A stretch of DNA of 64,000 bases from Lepidodermella squamata (GCA_047495785.1 JBLDXI010000001.1:1302001-1366000); one strand, 5' to 3'; shown: positions 38,575 through 51,991, numbered from the stretch's first letter. The notes: generated by a model not told the origin, from the sequence alone. Program-made: numbers and translations.

Positions 38575-39700
38575 GAAAAATCAAGCTTTGCGATCTCAGC
38601 CAGAAAAGCCGTGCGTTTTGGTTGTCGATGGCCACTCGTCCCATTTCTCCCTCGCCGAATTGGACTACTGTCGCGACAATCAAATTCACATGCTGGTGCT
38701 GCCTCCTCATTGTAAGCACAAATGGCAGAGTTCATTTTTCTCGATTTTCTATGAAATTCCGAAAATTCGAAAAAAAATCCAAGAAAGTCCAATCTAAATT
38801 TGCGATTTTTTTTCAAATTTGTCGGTTTTTTCAGATCGCGTAGTATTTGGACCGTTCAAAACAGCTTGGTAGAAGAAGGCCGGACTTTGGCAATCGAAGA
38901 ACCCGGGAAAGCCGATCAATCGTGAGACGTTCGCGCTAATATTTACGCCGGCTTGGGCTGATATCATCACCTTGAGCGCTGACAATCTGGCTGAAATCGG
39001 CTTTAAAGCCTGCGGCATTTTGCCTTACAGCCCGCTTCGGCTTTTCCAAAATGCCAAGGAGGACCAGTTCGCGATCTCAGATGCGATAATCGCGGCCAGG
39101 AATCGACAGACCGCTCTCCCGATACCGGAAATCACGATTCAGACCACGAATGCACCTGCGTTACTGCCGCTTCGACCAATCGTCCCTTATAGCAACACCT
39201 GTGCCGCTCTCAATTTAACAGCGAAGCCTCAACCGAGCCTTGCAGAAGCTGCAGAAAGTATCATGACTAATCCGTTTCAGCGACTGTCGAATAATCGAGG
39301 CGCGCGTCGCGGGCGTGCTGCTCAGCGTGCTCGAGTCGCGACCTCAGATGAGGATTACGGCGTCGTCGCGCTGAGGGGCTCTCGTCGAAGAAGACAAGCT
39401 GAAGAACCGTGGCACTCGAGGCCGCGGTGGCAGAGGTGGTCGAGGTCGCGGTGGAACGCGTGGCAGCAAGCGCCGAGCCAGCCCGAGCTCATCGTCTTCA
39501 TCATCTTCATCCGATAGCGATTCTGATCTCGACAGCGAATAATTTTGTATTTCTACATCGCGCTGCATTTTGGCAATCGCGCTGAGTCATCCATCTAGCA
39601 CTCATGCAAAAATTGTGAGCGAAGCGCGCGAATTAAAGGAATTATAATAACTTTAATCAAAAGTGGTCAGATTCTGTCCCAAATTGTACGACTTTACCCT
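38575..39700 (+). mobile_element. Degenerate pogo/Tigger-like DDE transposase fragment
   Basis: VLVVDGHSSH, MLVLPPH, DRVVFGPFKTAW* (internal stop), GFKACGILPY; possible terminal repeat near 39675-39700. Confidence 0.8.
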
Positions 39701-39849
39701 ATTAATAAAATTGTGAATAAAAATTACTCTGAGCATCACTGTGCTATATTACTTATATTATAATATACCTAGTAGTAGTTTTTGTTAAAACAATGATCCG
39801 ACTGATACTAAGTAACAGTTTGCCTATAGACGCGGGTATTTACATTTAA

Positions 39850-40170
39850 CTAATTCTTTCTGTACAAATGATTATTTATGATTTTGCATGAGTCTTTTAT
39901 CGTTGAGATAAATATGATATGAGTGACTGCGGTAGTTCGAGACGTTTTGCGAAGTCGCGGAAGAACTTGGTGATGGTACCACGGGCTCCAACGAAGAGAC
40001 CGATTACTTCGAGGGAAGTTAGATTGTATCTTTCCTTGAAGTATTCTGCGCAAGGCTCGTAGTGTGCCCGTTTTTCTTTGTCGACTTCCAGGGCTTGATC
40101 TGGGCTTTTTTCGAAGCGGATGGTAGGGTCCAAGATCCACCCTTCTCTCGTGTTTTTATTGAAGGCGATA
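39850..40170 (-). mobile_element. 3' fragment of a non-LTR retrotransposon with a restriction-like endonuclease
   Basis: ILDPTIRFE...VDKEKRAHYEPC...VIGLFVGARG resembles the RLE domain of R2/NeSL/Utopia-type elements. Confidence 0.6.
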
Positions 40171-40610
40171 TAATATCATAATATAATACGATTATAATAT
40201 AATATAATAATATAATACGATATTATTATAACGATATTTCTGATGCGCCCAAAACCCATTACGTGGCCGTGCTTTTATTTTCGTTTTGAAATAATAAAAC
40301 CAACAGCTCTCTAATTACTAGCTCAGATTTTCCATGAGATTTTCGGGTTTTGCGAAGTTCAATGCGGGCTTTTTCGCCGTAATATTATCGTATTTTGTCA
40401 TTTCAAACTAGCAATTCATTTATTATTCCAATTAAACAGAAAGAACTGCTGAACGTTTCAGTATTCAATCGAATTTTTCAATATATTTTCCTGAATATCC
40501 TTTATTAAAATATGTTGATTGCCTTTAAAAAATATTTAATAAACACTAATGGAGCAAAAATGTGTTCAAGCATGCGTCCCTATCACGTGATCAATATTTT
40601 CTGATATGAG

Positions 40611-40759
40611 AGCCGAGGCGTAGTTGCCACCGCGACGGCGGCCGATGAAGTGGCCACGACGGCCGCGGTTGTTGCCGGCAGAAGCCGAAGCGGAGCGGCG
40701 GTTGACCGAGGCAGAGGCGAAGTTGCCGCGGCGACCATGGTGGCCGATGAATCCACGAC
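40611..40759 (-). pseudogene. Inverted internal fragment of gene A
   Basis: Reverse complement encodes RGFIGHHGRRGNFASASVNRRSASASAGNNRGRRGHFIGRRRGGNYASA; no signal exon. Confidence 0.9.
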
Positions 40760-40777
40760 AAATTTGACAAACTACTA

Positions 40778-41176
40778 ATGTACTCGAGTACGCGGCAAGC
40801 TTTCTGGTCACTTAAAAATATCCAAACGCTAGCTATGATTAGAACTAATTCCATTCATAAACCGTTTTGCTATATAAATAACTTCGGTCTTAGATGTATT
40901 TTCTGCTATAAAAATAGTAAAAATCCCGCCCTATCTCTAAATAGCTTCGCTGACTCAGTAGAACTTTTAACTCACCTATACCTAGAATGCAACTACTTGC
41001 CGTATCTACATAATATGAATAACGCTGAAATGCAACCTGATAAAACTGACATAATTAATTCTATAATTTACTGTGAATCTAGCGGCTCTGCACATGTATC
41101 GAAACTACTACCCCTCGCCTACAATTACCGGATGACTCTAAAATTGCATATATATCCGCCTATTCCATCTACCTAA
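40778..41176 (+). mobile_element. Possible LINE ORF2 C-terminal zinc-knuckle remnant
   Basis: CIFC...THLYLEC CCHC-like spacing next to an RT fragment. Confidence 0.4.
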
Positions 41177-41225
41177 CCTTGACTAATCTTGACTAACTAT
41201 ATCGGCAATCGGCAAGACTACATAT

Positions 41226-41795
41226 TCACCGAAGGTCAAGCCAGGGAAAACTAAGGAAAGGTATGAGATCGTTTATAAAAATCGAAAACAAAAGTGGTGA
41301 TAATGGGTCACCCTGTCGGACTCGCACGTTTGACTTTATTGGCTTATCGAATAGAATAGTCGATTTCATTCTAAGAAGCAATGTATTGTCGGCATACATG
41401 TTCCTAATGACCTCAATGAAGGACAAAGGCAGTCCTATTTTTCTGAGCTTCTTCATTAAGAGAGCACGGCTAATTTTGTCGAACGCGTTTGAAAAATCTA
41501 CGAAGGCTGTGTATATTTTCTTTTTCCTAGTAAGGTAAAAAGCCACGATGGCGTAGAATAGAGTACACGCATCTACTGTGCCTATTTTTGGCGTGAATCC
41601 GAACTGTTCGGGTCGCAGTATCTTTTTAGCCGTGAACCATTCTAGCAAGCGTTTCTCTCGGATACTTGAAAATATTTTGGCAAATTTACAGACAGAAGTG
41701 AGATAGCTCTATAATTTTTAGGATCTAATCGGCTGTTTTTCTCATAAATAGGGATCAGCAATGCTTTGCGCCAACATTCTGGGTATTTGCTGGGT
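41226..41795 (-). mobile_element. Non-LTR retrotransposon reverse transcriptase fragment
   Basis: PEQFGF, AFVDFSNAFD, VRQGDPLSPLLFSIFINDL; truncated before YADD. Confidence 0.88.
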
Positions 41796-43350
41796 ATGAG
41801 CTAGTAATTATTTGCTGAACTGTTTCCGAGATCTGCGAGATTGAACTACCATCATCAATAAATTATTTTTTTATCGCTCGTGTTGGAAGCTAGGCATATC
41901 ACACGACCCAGCTCAACCATAACCCTCACGTGCACCGTTTTTATAAAATCGAGCTAGCACGTTAAAATGATGAAACTTTGCACAGACATAGGAATTTGAT
42001 CCCCCTCATGCCCTGAAATGGCCAAATTAGTATAATTTTTCCCGATTTCCGCTGCAACTGAAAACCATGTTTTTATGGAAAATAACAGCTTTTACGGTAA
42101 AAAATGCAGATGAAAAAGTCTCAATTTTCACCGAGCGCACGATAAATCAATGCTGACGCGCTAGATGACCAAGTAAAAAAGGGGCATTATCATAGAATTG
42201 TCAAAGTTGTACTAGCTTGTCAAAATTGTACTCCCTTGCGACTCCCTTTGAACCAGGTGCACGATTTTACATTGAATTTCGTCATCTAACATCAATTATC
42301 AAATTTACACATATAATTTTAACTACAACCTCAATAACAACCTCATAACAACAATTCACTCATTTCAAGGGCGATCATGAACCGTTGCCCCCATTGCAAG
42401 CAAAATTTCATAAAGCTTGGGTTGGGGTCTAACAACGTTATTGTAAACAGTAGCATTCCAAGACTGGAACAGCGACCATCGAAAGTACTGATCTGTCCCC
42501 AAAATCAAAATTGATAGACGACTTAAAAAAGCGAATTCAAGATCTCGAATGTCGTCCTGAGCCTTAGGAACCCTGTTTCAGCCCAGTCGAGTAAAGAGCT
42601 TCGCGAGGTTTCACGTCTTCATCTCCGGATCTCCAGGATCTGTCGAATCAGCCGAATCAGCGCTTCCGATGCAGCCATTCCTTGATACAGGGTTGGATCA
42701 AAAATTGGACTAAGTTGCGTGTTATAATAATATGGCCGGCCGACACAATATGAAAAAAGGGGGTAATTCCTCCTGAGCCACTAAGGTGCTGGAAAGTCAT
42801 CACCCGAATCGCCCAGGAGAAATGCGCATTTGACTAATCATATTTTTCTGTTCGCTGAAAACATTCTGATTCTTCGAAATGATAATCTTGAATAAATTTG
42901 AAGGTGACAATTTTTGCTAGACGAAAATAAGGTTATGGCAGATATGAGAAAGGTAGAGCCGAGTTTCAAGCCTATGCAACAGTTACACATATAATTTCGC
43001 GGCTTGATTTCCAAGAATTTTGCACGGCAAGCCTACTTATTTCCACATCCCATTTATGATGACCTAAAATTGAGAGTCGAATGATTTTTTTCATTGAGAT
43101 TGACCTTGTGGAAGTTGCACGTTCTCTCGGGCACGTGTCGATAATTAAAATAACGGTGGAAAACGGACTGAAAAATAGTAAACAGGTCGAAAGCGGCTCG
43201 CGATTTGATTTGACACGAGCAGCGGCGTTGCACAACACCGATATCCTGTTAACCGGTGGTATATTTAAAGGCATACCGAAGACTGGTTAAACATCAATCA
43301 GCTTCTTCTCATATTTTCTCATCAGTTTATTCTCTCATTCCAATCCAAAA

Positions 43351-43997
43351 ATGCGTCTTGTTTTGGTTGCAGCTGTCGTTGCTCTTTTCTGCATCGGTGA
43401 GCAGGAGAAACAACAATCTCAATTTATCTAGCTTCGATTTCGATTTTTTCAGCCGCCACCTCGGCGAACATCGGCAAACGGGGCCGCGGCAACAATGTCT
43501 CCGCCTCGGTGAACAAGAAATCGGCCTCCGCCTCAGCTGGTGACAACCGTGGTCGTCGTGGATTCATCGGCCACCGTGGTCGCCGCGGCAATTTCGCCTC
43601 TGCCTCGGTCAACCGCCGCTCCGCCTCGGCCTCAGCCGGCAACAACCGTGGTCGTCGTGGCCACTTCATCGGTCGCCGTCGCGGTGGCAACTACGCCTCG
43701 GCCTCTGTCAACAAAAACTCCGCCTCCGCCTCAGCTGGTGACAACCGTGGCCGCCGTGGCCATTTCATCGGCCGCCGTGGCTCCCGCTCGTCCGCGTCTG
43801 GCTCCTTCCGCGGCCGTCGCCATGGACGCGGTTTCTATGGCCGCCGTCACGGTGGTCGCTTCGGTCGCCACGGTCGCCGTGGATTCTACGGCCGTGGTCA
43901 CTATGGTTACGGTCGCCGTCATGGCCGCGGATTCTTCAGCGGCTCATACTCGTCCGGCGACTTCCATGGCCGTCGTCACCATGCTTTCTGGAATTAA
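43351..43997 (+). CDS. Secreted Arg/Gly/His-rich repetitive protein A, copy 2
   Basis: Same two-exon structure; protein appears identical to copy 1, with synonymous differences. Confidence 0.88.
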
Positions 43998-44125
43998 AAG
44001 CCACCTCAAGAACTCGTATCAAATTGCCATATAGATTATTTATTCATCGAAATTTGATGAAAACGAAATGCAAATTATTCTTCAATTTTTCTTTAATTTT
44101 AGATTTTGTTTCGATTTGATTGAAG

Positions 44126-45224
44126 ATGCGAGGTTTCTTGGTTCTCTCTGTCATTGCTTTGGGCTGCATCGGTAGGATTGCCCAAACTTTTCAATAGCGA
44201 AATTATGACTTTTGTTTCAGCCCTGACCTCGGCTACTTTTGACCATGGCAAGAAAGCCGGTCCCAAGGGTGGTCGCCGGGCCGGTTTCTCCGCCTCGGTC
44301 GAGCACCGCGACACGTACGATCGCAAGTCCGCGTCTGCTGAGCAAGAATCCGGTGCCGTCAACTACGCCTCGGCCGATGCCTCGCACAACAAGAAGACGA
44401 GCGACAAGCGTAAGCTGATCAAGACCCGATCGGCCAGCCGCGAACGCGCCTCGGCCTCCTACGCCTCGGCTGGCAAGCGCGACTCCGCCTACGACCGCAA
44501 GAAGTCCAAGGCCGGCAGCAAGCGCCGCAACCGCGTCATCCGCAAGAGCGACTCGGCTGCCTTCGCCAAGCACGACAACGCCTACGCTGGAGATGGCGCC
44601 GCCGCCGCTGCCGAGAAGCACAAGCGCAACAAGAAGCACGGCCGTGCTGACCACAAGCGCAAGGCTGCCCTGCACAAGGACCAGGCCCGCGACAAGGCCG
44701 GCGAGGTGATCGAGTTCAAGAAGAAGACCTTCACCGACAAGGGCACGAACAAGGTCGACAAGTTCAGCTTCGAATCGGGCGCCAATGACTTTGCTGCCTT
44801 CGACTCTGACGGCGCTGCCACGACTGCCAGCCGCAAGAAGACCGCCAAGAAGGCCCATGGCAAGAAGTCCCGCAAGGCCCACTCTGCCGACTACGCTTCC
44901 CGCGACTCGAGCGCCTCGGCTGCCGCTGCCTCGAAGAAGGCGAAGCGCAACAAGGCCCACCACCGCCGCGCCTCGACCTCCGTCGCCCGTGACTCGCGCA
45001 ACGCCCGCGACTACAAGGCTGGCCAAAAGAAGACCTTCGAATCTGACTCGGCTCACACCCGCAAGGCCGCGGCCAAGAAGTCGCACAAGCGCGCCTCCGC
45101 CTCGGCTGAACGCGCCACCCACGACTTCCACGGATCTTTCTCGGCCAGCGCCCGCGACAACTACGGCAAGAAGGGTGGCAAGAAGGCCAGCAAGAAGGGC
45201 GGCAAGCACGGCTATTACTACTGA
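44126..45224 (+). CDS. Secreted Lys/Ala/Ser/Arg-rich protein B, copy 2
   Basis: Same two-exon structure; a few substitutions (for example KKASKKGGKHGYYY at the end). Confidence 0.88.
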
Positions 45225-46395
45225 GTGAATTCAATTAAATTCCGTATTGAATCAATGACATTTCGTTGATAAAGATTGATATTTTCTGCGCTATTCTTAA
45301 ATGATTTATTTTCGAAAATAAAGACGTTCGTTGTGAACTTGACTTTTGTTTTTTGAAAATAATTTCTACTTCAGCGTACATTATCGTGACTATTAAAAGA
45401 ATCGCGCGGTGGAATTGATTATTTGAATTTTTTGCACATATGCGCTCGTTCGTGGTGGCGCTTCATTTTCGTTCCTAAACGGACCAGAATTATGAACATT
45501 TCCCGGGCTCAAAAATCATGATTAAAAATAGCTCGGCTGAAAGCAGGATAGTTTGAGGTTTGAGGTGTCTCGAAACTAGGAAATTCTTATACAAAATCAG
45601 AAAAAAAAATAAAAAAATCGAAACTATTTGTTTCAAAATGTTTTTCTTTTAACTCTGCTCGTCCTCATCGCATTTGAATTGTAAATAGCAATGAGAATGA
45701 ATATTAATGAATGAATATTAATATTTGATAAGCTAATTAAACTTCCAAATCTGTCCCAGTTTCTATTTTGGTGTTATTTGAACCCAAGCTTTGAGCTAAA
45801 ATTAGCCAGCTAAATGCGCTCGCGAACATTCGAATCCTCCTATCGGCCCAATCAAACAAAGGAGATTAAAAAGGAAGAAAATCAGCCATTGAATGTTATA
45901 ATCTGACTATTGTTCGCAAAGTTACAGATTTCATGCGAACAACTTTGCGAACAAGAGCAAAAATTTTTATTCGAGTTATATCATTTGTCGTAGGTAGAAT
46001 CAAAAATTTCTTGGTAAACCGGGTGATACGCTACGTTATATCCTACCATCATTGTAAATTACAGTTGATGAAATGATAACATTAAGGTGGAGTTTTTATT
46101 TTGTTATTAGAGTGTTTTGTTTTCGTCAGCAAAACGTGCGAAGCGAGATTCTCAACACGCTCGCTTTTTTCTTGTGAGACACCCTGTTCACCCACGCGCA
46201 GTTATTCATTGAAAGTTTGGATTGCGTGGTTCGGGTCAAAACGGCGAATTGTCTGTTCCATTCAGACACGCCTATTCAAGATCGCTGCGCCAAGCAACGG
46301 AATGTTTTCGTACAAAGGTGTCTATCATTAAAATGTCAGTAAAATAAAATAAAGCAGACGACGAAACTCATGACCTGAGATATTTGGCGGAAAAT

Positions 46396-48000
46396 ATGTT
46401 AACGAGTTTTTTGCTACTCCTGTGCGCGACTTCGATCGCCAGCCAGCGGCGCAGTTTCGATGGAGATCGCCAGTACGATGACCGAACGGATTATAACGAT
46501 TACGAGGAACCGACGACTACAACGCGCCAAATCCCAACTTATATAGCCGATGACCCGACTCGTCGCGGTTCAATGGCTTGGAACTCCAACAGCGGTGGTA
46601 TCATGCCGCCTTTCCCCCTAGTTTTGTGGCCACCACCTCAGCCAAGATGGCAAAATGGCGCTATAACGCAATGCGGTGTTGTCCCACAAGTTCCAGGGGG
46701 TTACATTATCGCCGCCTCGTATCCATACAAAGGTTCCTTTGCAAAAATTTACGATACGATAAGATTTGCGTGCAGAAGAGGTCGCTGGATGGACGGACGG
46801 CCGAGGATAATGTGTTTACCAGGCGGAAAATGGAGCCAGGTTCCAACGTGCAACCGAGTCGAAATCAACCCAGATACAATTTGGCTTACCTCAGCTCCAT
46901 CGACGCGCAGCCCTGATGATATTGGTTGGCCGTATTATTTTACAACGATGAAACGCTCGTTAACAATGACAACGACTAAACCTGACGATGACTACAACGT
47001 GGCTGATTACTCTGATCAGGCCAAAAATACTGATTACATTGAAGGATTAGTCACAATCCCAGAAGATGAAGAAACGGTTACTCCTGAACCTGTGACAACG
47101 ACGACAAGCGTGGCGACTACAACCAGCAGTCGAGCAACAGTGACTATTCCGACTTACCCGAGCAGCTTACCTGATATGTTTACCCGAGGTCAAGGTCAAC
47201 CTTTCATCATTCGAATCGCCTTGAACCTTGGCTTGCAGCAAACTACTATGCAGCAGGGTAGGCGGACTACCCCCGACTACTACGACTCGGATTCGGGTAG
47301 CAATTCTTCGGGCGGATTACTCAGCAATAAAGCAGCCTGTAAGATTTTGAAACAATATTTTCTACTAAAATATACTGGCTGTGATTTTTCAGATATTGGC
47401 GTAATTGTTGGCTCTTGTATCGGTGGATTGCTAATTTTTGGCCTGACGGTCTTTTTCCTGCTTCGAACTATCAAGCGCCTGTCTCAAAAGCGAGCAGTGT
47501 CGGCTAGTGGTGAAAGCCGCCAGCCTACAGCTCGAACTCCGAGAACGCCTCGAACCGATATCTCGACTATTCCAGCCCCGCCTTCTTATAAAGACATCAT
47601 ACGACCGAACCCGCGTCGCAACTCGGTCACACCATCAGCTCCAAAGGCCTTGATAAGCACTCCAGCGGCTAGTATTGACGCCACAGCTGTCCATCCTAAT
47701 ATTGTACCGGATCCAACTCCGCGTCCTGCCGATAATCATGATATGCCCTCGACGAGCAATGCGTCGGAAAATAATACACCAGTTAGTTTGACCTAATTTA
47801 CTATTTATTTTACGTAAAATTGAATTTCACGAATTCCATTCGAATTCGTTCACGAATTTCACGATCGAATGTAATCAAACGTATGGAGATTTATTATTGG
47901 AACATCGAGCGATTCCTAACTGGTTCATTTTTTATCTGTTTCTTAATTACAGGTTCCAAACACCTCCCCACCGCCTTACAAGACGACCAGCAGCAACTGA
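46396..48000 (+). CDS. Single-pass membrane protein with one Sushi/CCP domain and a Thr-rich stalk
   Basis: Signal MLTSFLLLLCATSIAS; CGVVPQVPGG...IRFACRRG...IMCLPGGKWSQVPTC; TM IVGSCIGGLLIFGLTVFFLL; introns 47339-47392 and 47782-47952 splice in frame. Confidence 0.82.
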
Positions 48001-48230
48001 TATCTGTTGTGAAATTTTGACCTGGAAAAAACAACCAATTTTCGAGAAATATTTTACTCGATAAACAAATAAATTCCGAACTTTCCCACGAATAACAATC
48101 AAATTACGTGCGGGTTAGGCTATGCATGCCAGTTTAACCCTTGGTTTTTTTCAGAATACAATAATAATAAAGTGATGAGAATAGCTCGTTGCACGTATCA
48201 ATATTAATATAAGTAGGTCATTATTCATTC

Positions 48231-49664
48231 TCAAGTGTAATAATGATCGAAAGCTAGGTCGTTGCAGCTTCGCGGGTCAAGCCGGCTGGTTAGCTTTTGC
48301 CGCAGAGAAGAAAGCGAGCCTGATGTATCGGCTAGGAGGTTCGGCATAGAATCAGCGGCCGCGGTCGCGTACGAGAATTTGTAAGTTTCATACAACATTT
48401 CGCCGCGGATATCACAAAAGAGGCGAGCCGGCGGTTCTGGGCTTATCGTCACCATGTCGGCGTCGTAGTCGGAGCCGGACAGCGGCGTCGACGAGGCCGT
48501 GTCTTCGCACAGTGACCAGCGGCTCGTCTGCAGCGGTACGGTGGTGATTGGCGGGTATTGAAGCCGGTTGATTGAGGAGGAGCGCGATGAGGCACCGCGG
48601 GTATCCGGGTCCAAGCAGCCGCAGTGGCTTGAAATTCGCGGCTGCTTTACTCGCCATGTTATTTGGCCAGGTGATGCTTCGGACATTTGCCGGTTAAATT
48701 GAACTGAAAGTAAACAAATAACACAATTATAACAGGTATAGTTCTGAAAATTAAACATATTTGCTTTTCATTTTTTAGCGTGAGAGAGGAAAAATGTGGC
48801 GGCCGAGAAAATTCGAGAGACAATACCTAATAAATTAGTGTGGGTGGATTAATTCGTTCAAATTACTGAACTTAAGAGAAATACAGGTGCAAAAAATGTC
48901 CAGGCGTTTTCGTTTTAAATTCATACTATAAGTGCTCGGAATTTAATTAAAATGTTCCTGATAGTTTATGAGATTTTCACCATGGAAAAGCTAAAAAGTC
49001 TAGGGACCAAGTCCCATGTTTAAAGTCTCAAATGGTTTGAGAACCATGGCGAATGCTGCAATGTAAATTTGTCAGTTGGCCAGTTCCGTTGAAGTTTCAG
49101 CTTTTCTTGGTGAAACTGTATCGATTTATAAATTTCGTTATTCATGCTTCGTGCCATCTTCGTGAGAAAGATTAAAAATTCATCGGATATGGCTTTTCAA
49201 ATTTTTCAAATTTTTAATCATTGAGGATTCTTACTTTCGTCGCATTTTTTAATTTTAATTTTTTGTTAATTATTTTTCATAGAAGCCCATTTTATTGTTT
49301 GGTAAAATTTAAAAAAAATGCCCACCTATTTAATTAAAGCAGGTCAAATTTTAATGAAAATCCTAATAACTACATGAAATCATTTTTTTTAAATATTACC
49401 TGAAAGATTTTTAGCATAGAGACCATTGTGTTTGACATAGGCAAAGTCGCCGGCTGCTTTGTGGAGATTCGGCGACGAAGCCGCTGCGTCTTCATTGCTA
49501 TCAGCGGCATACCGAAGCGTATCCGGCTTGTGGTGGTACTGCCCGCTGATGCGTTTCGAGATGAGCAACACGTCTGGATCGCCGCAGTTCGCGGCCGGAA
49601 AATTGAGTTCACCGGAATTACGCTGCTTGGCGCCGCCATTCGCGCCAGCCGACTCGCCACTCAT
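48231..49664 (-). CDS. Uncharacterised two-exon, probably disordered protein
   Basis: GC-richer blocks at about 49400-49664 and 48231-48703 join in frame through GT-AG; no recognisable domain; further upstream exons are possible. Confidence 0.5.
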
Positions 49665-51803
49665 TCCCGAATTAAAAAAAAAGGAAAAATAATCCCCTAT
49701 AATATAGTTTGAATTAAATAATTTTGACCAAAGTTTTGCATGTCTCAGGTCAAACACTGAAAAATATTGTATCAGCGCTAAAAACAGCAAATAAAGCAAT
49801 TTTAAGGTAGCTTTTTTGACAATGCTACGCGACTTTCGCACACACCTTACATCGGTAAATACGCGCATACCTATGCCAAAAAATAACCAGAGCCCGTGTC
49901 AACTACAGCGGCGTGGCTGTGAATCGAACAAATGTGTAATAAAAACGACAGAGCTCGTAATAAAATTTGAGCCTGCTCTCTCGAAATTTCTGCTACTTTT
50001 TTGTATATACCTGTCGGCCGGTTGCGTTTTTGTTTGCTGTCAAGAGCTACTGTGATGGTATGGGGAACACACAGCATATACAGAGAGGCGGAGGCGCAGT
50101 GATGTAAAAAAATATTATTAGATGCTACGTTTGCTACTTGAGCTACACACTTACTCGTGTTTTTATAAAAATAGACGGCACCAGAAAAGACATCAGCACA
50201 CAGACACGCACAACATAAATGTTATATTCTATCGCACTATTATACGATGATGTACGTCCCTTGGCTTCTGAACACGAGAGAATGGGCCTAACGTCAAGAT
50301 GCTGGTTGTATCGTATACGCCTCATATGAGCGAAAACCGCCCTAATATGGTAATAATGCGATTAAATAGGTCGGTTTTATATTACGCCTAAAATGACACA
50401 CTATTGTCGCGAGAATTTATGCGCAATGGCCATTTATTTATACTATACGACCAAACAGGTAAAGTCAATAGACAGACGAAGAAAGAATGGGAGAAAATAT
50501 TGAGTAGGCTGATTAGCTATGAACCTGGCTAATTTTCGAGATTTGGCCCATGGCAGCTAATTACGAATTTTTCGTTGGCAATAAAAGATTGGATGGCGAT
50601 TTTTATTGAAAGTTTTATTGCATTCCTCTCGTCTTGATACTTCCGATTGCAAAATAAAAAGCTAATAAAAAAAATAGAAATAATAATATTCTAAAGCGAA
50701 CCGCACACCAGACTTTAGTATGCAGTGCCAGTAGGGTGTGTTAAAATTCTCAGTGAACCACATATGCGCGCAAAACTGAGGAAGCATATCGTATATTAAT
50801 CATGCCAAAAACGTCTGAGCTGCTTGTGGCATATTATAGGTATACTCTCCGGAAGTTTTTTTAAAATGAGCGCAGTAAACAGTACGTATTTGAAATTCAA
50901 ACTGTTTACTGAACTTGAATAACTAAAAGCTGAGTAGGGTGACAGGTAGTCATTTTTGGCCTGTCGAAAAGCTGCCTATATTTAACACACTGGCACCTAT
51001 AGGTGGCGGAGCGTGATAATTAATGGGGAAGGTTAGTCATGTTACGACTAAATACCGCATTTTGTACAAAAAAAACGGGGTGCCAACTCACTCACTTATT
51101 GTGTGTATGTATGTGTATTTTTCTCAGCCGGGTGAACTAAACGACCTCTTATCGCACGCCTGGAAGTAAGTAATGAGTAAGACTATAACAGTATTTTGCG
51201 GCAATATGTTGTAATGTGATGAAAGTTTCTTCCCATCACACGGACTCGCGTGAAAATGACCACAACAAACACGTGCTGCTGTGTCGGTCTCCTTATCGCG
51301 TACGCCGACAGAAAATAATTGAGGCCATATACTCTACCGTTTAAAATAATAGACGGCTCTTCATTATCATCTCAGATAAACGGCGACAAGTTTAATAAAA
51401 CAATGAATCACTCTGCTTTGCTACTATCGTTTGAACCCCAACTGGCAATAATCCGCAACAGTTGACAGTCATCTTTTAGCGGCCATCTTATAATTTAATA
51501 ATGCAAATTATGATTCGCTTGAAGGCGTCTGGCTTGGTTTTCGACTGACACAGACTGACATTAACCTATATGCTATGGACAATTTTACAAATTTGAAAGA
51601 AAAATCTTCAAAATAAAATTAATTTATTTTTGAAATCGTGAGTGACCGACCAATCCTAATTAATAACGGCACAAATATAAAAAAATTAAAAAGAAACTAA
51701 ACTGAGCATTGTGGAAGATTTATAACCGAATTTAGTTGGAGGCGATTTGAAACTTTATCAAAATTTCGAAAATTAATATTTCCTTACTTGAAGGAATTTC
51801 GAG

Positions 51804-51991
51804 GTTTTGATTCGATTTTCGATTTTACGGCAGACCATCATAACAGCAAATACCCAAAACAGCAAACGCGACAAAACAGCAAACCTTATCAGGTAAACGA
51901 TGCACCGTGTTTCTGCTGTTATGTCGCAATTTGCTGTTTTGGGTATTTGCTGTTATGATGGTCTGCCGAAAATCGATAATCGAATCAAAAC
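51804..51991. mobile_element. Foldback/MITE-like element with long inverted arms and aacagc subrepeats
   Basis: About 65-nt arms; core cggcagaccatcataacagcaaatacccaaaacagcaaa is perfectly inverted. Confidence 0.75.

Larger units (their letters stand above)
43007..45335 (+). repeat. Segmental duplication copy 2 (promoter + gene A + gene B)
   Basis: Colinear with 35900-38240; boundaries approximate. Confidence 0.9.

Noticed and set aside
19718-45224. Idea that the sulfotransferases make a polyanion partner for cationic proteins A and B
   Set aside because: They are cytosolic-type enzymes without signal or anchor, not Golgi carbohydrate sulfotransferases
45911-45953. 13-bp inverted repeat tgttcgcaaagtt / aactttgcgaaca
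   Set aside because: Short and isolated, with no supporting context
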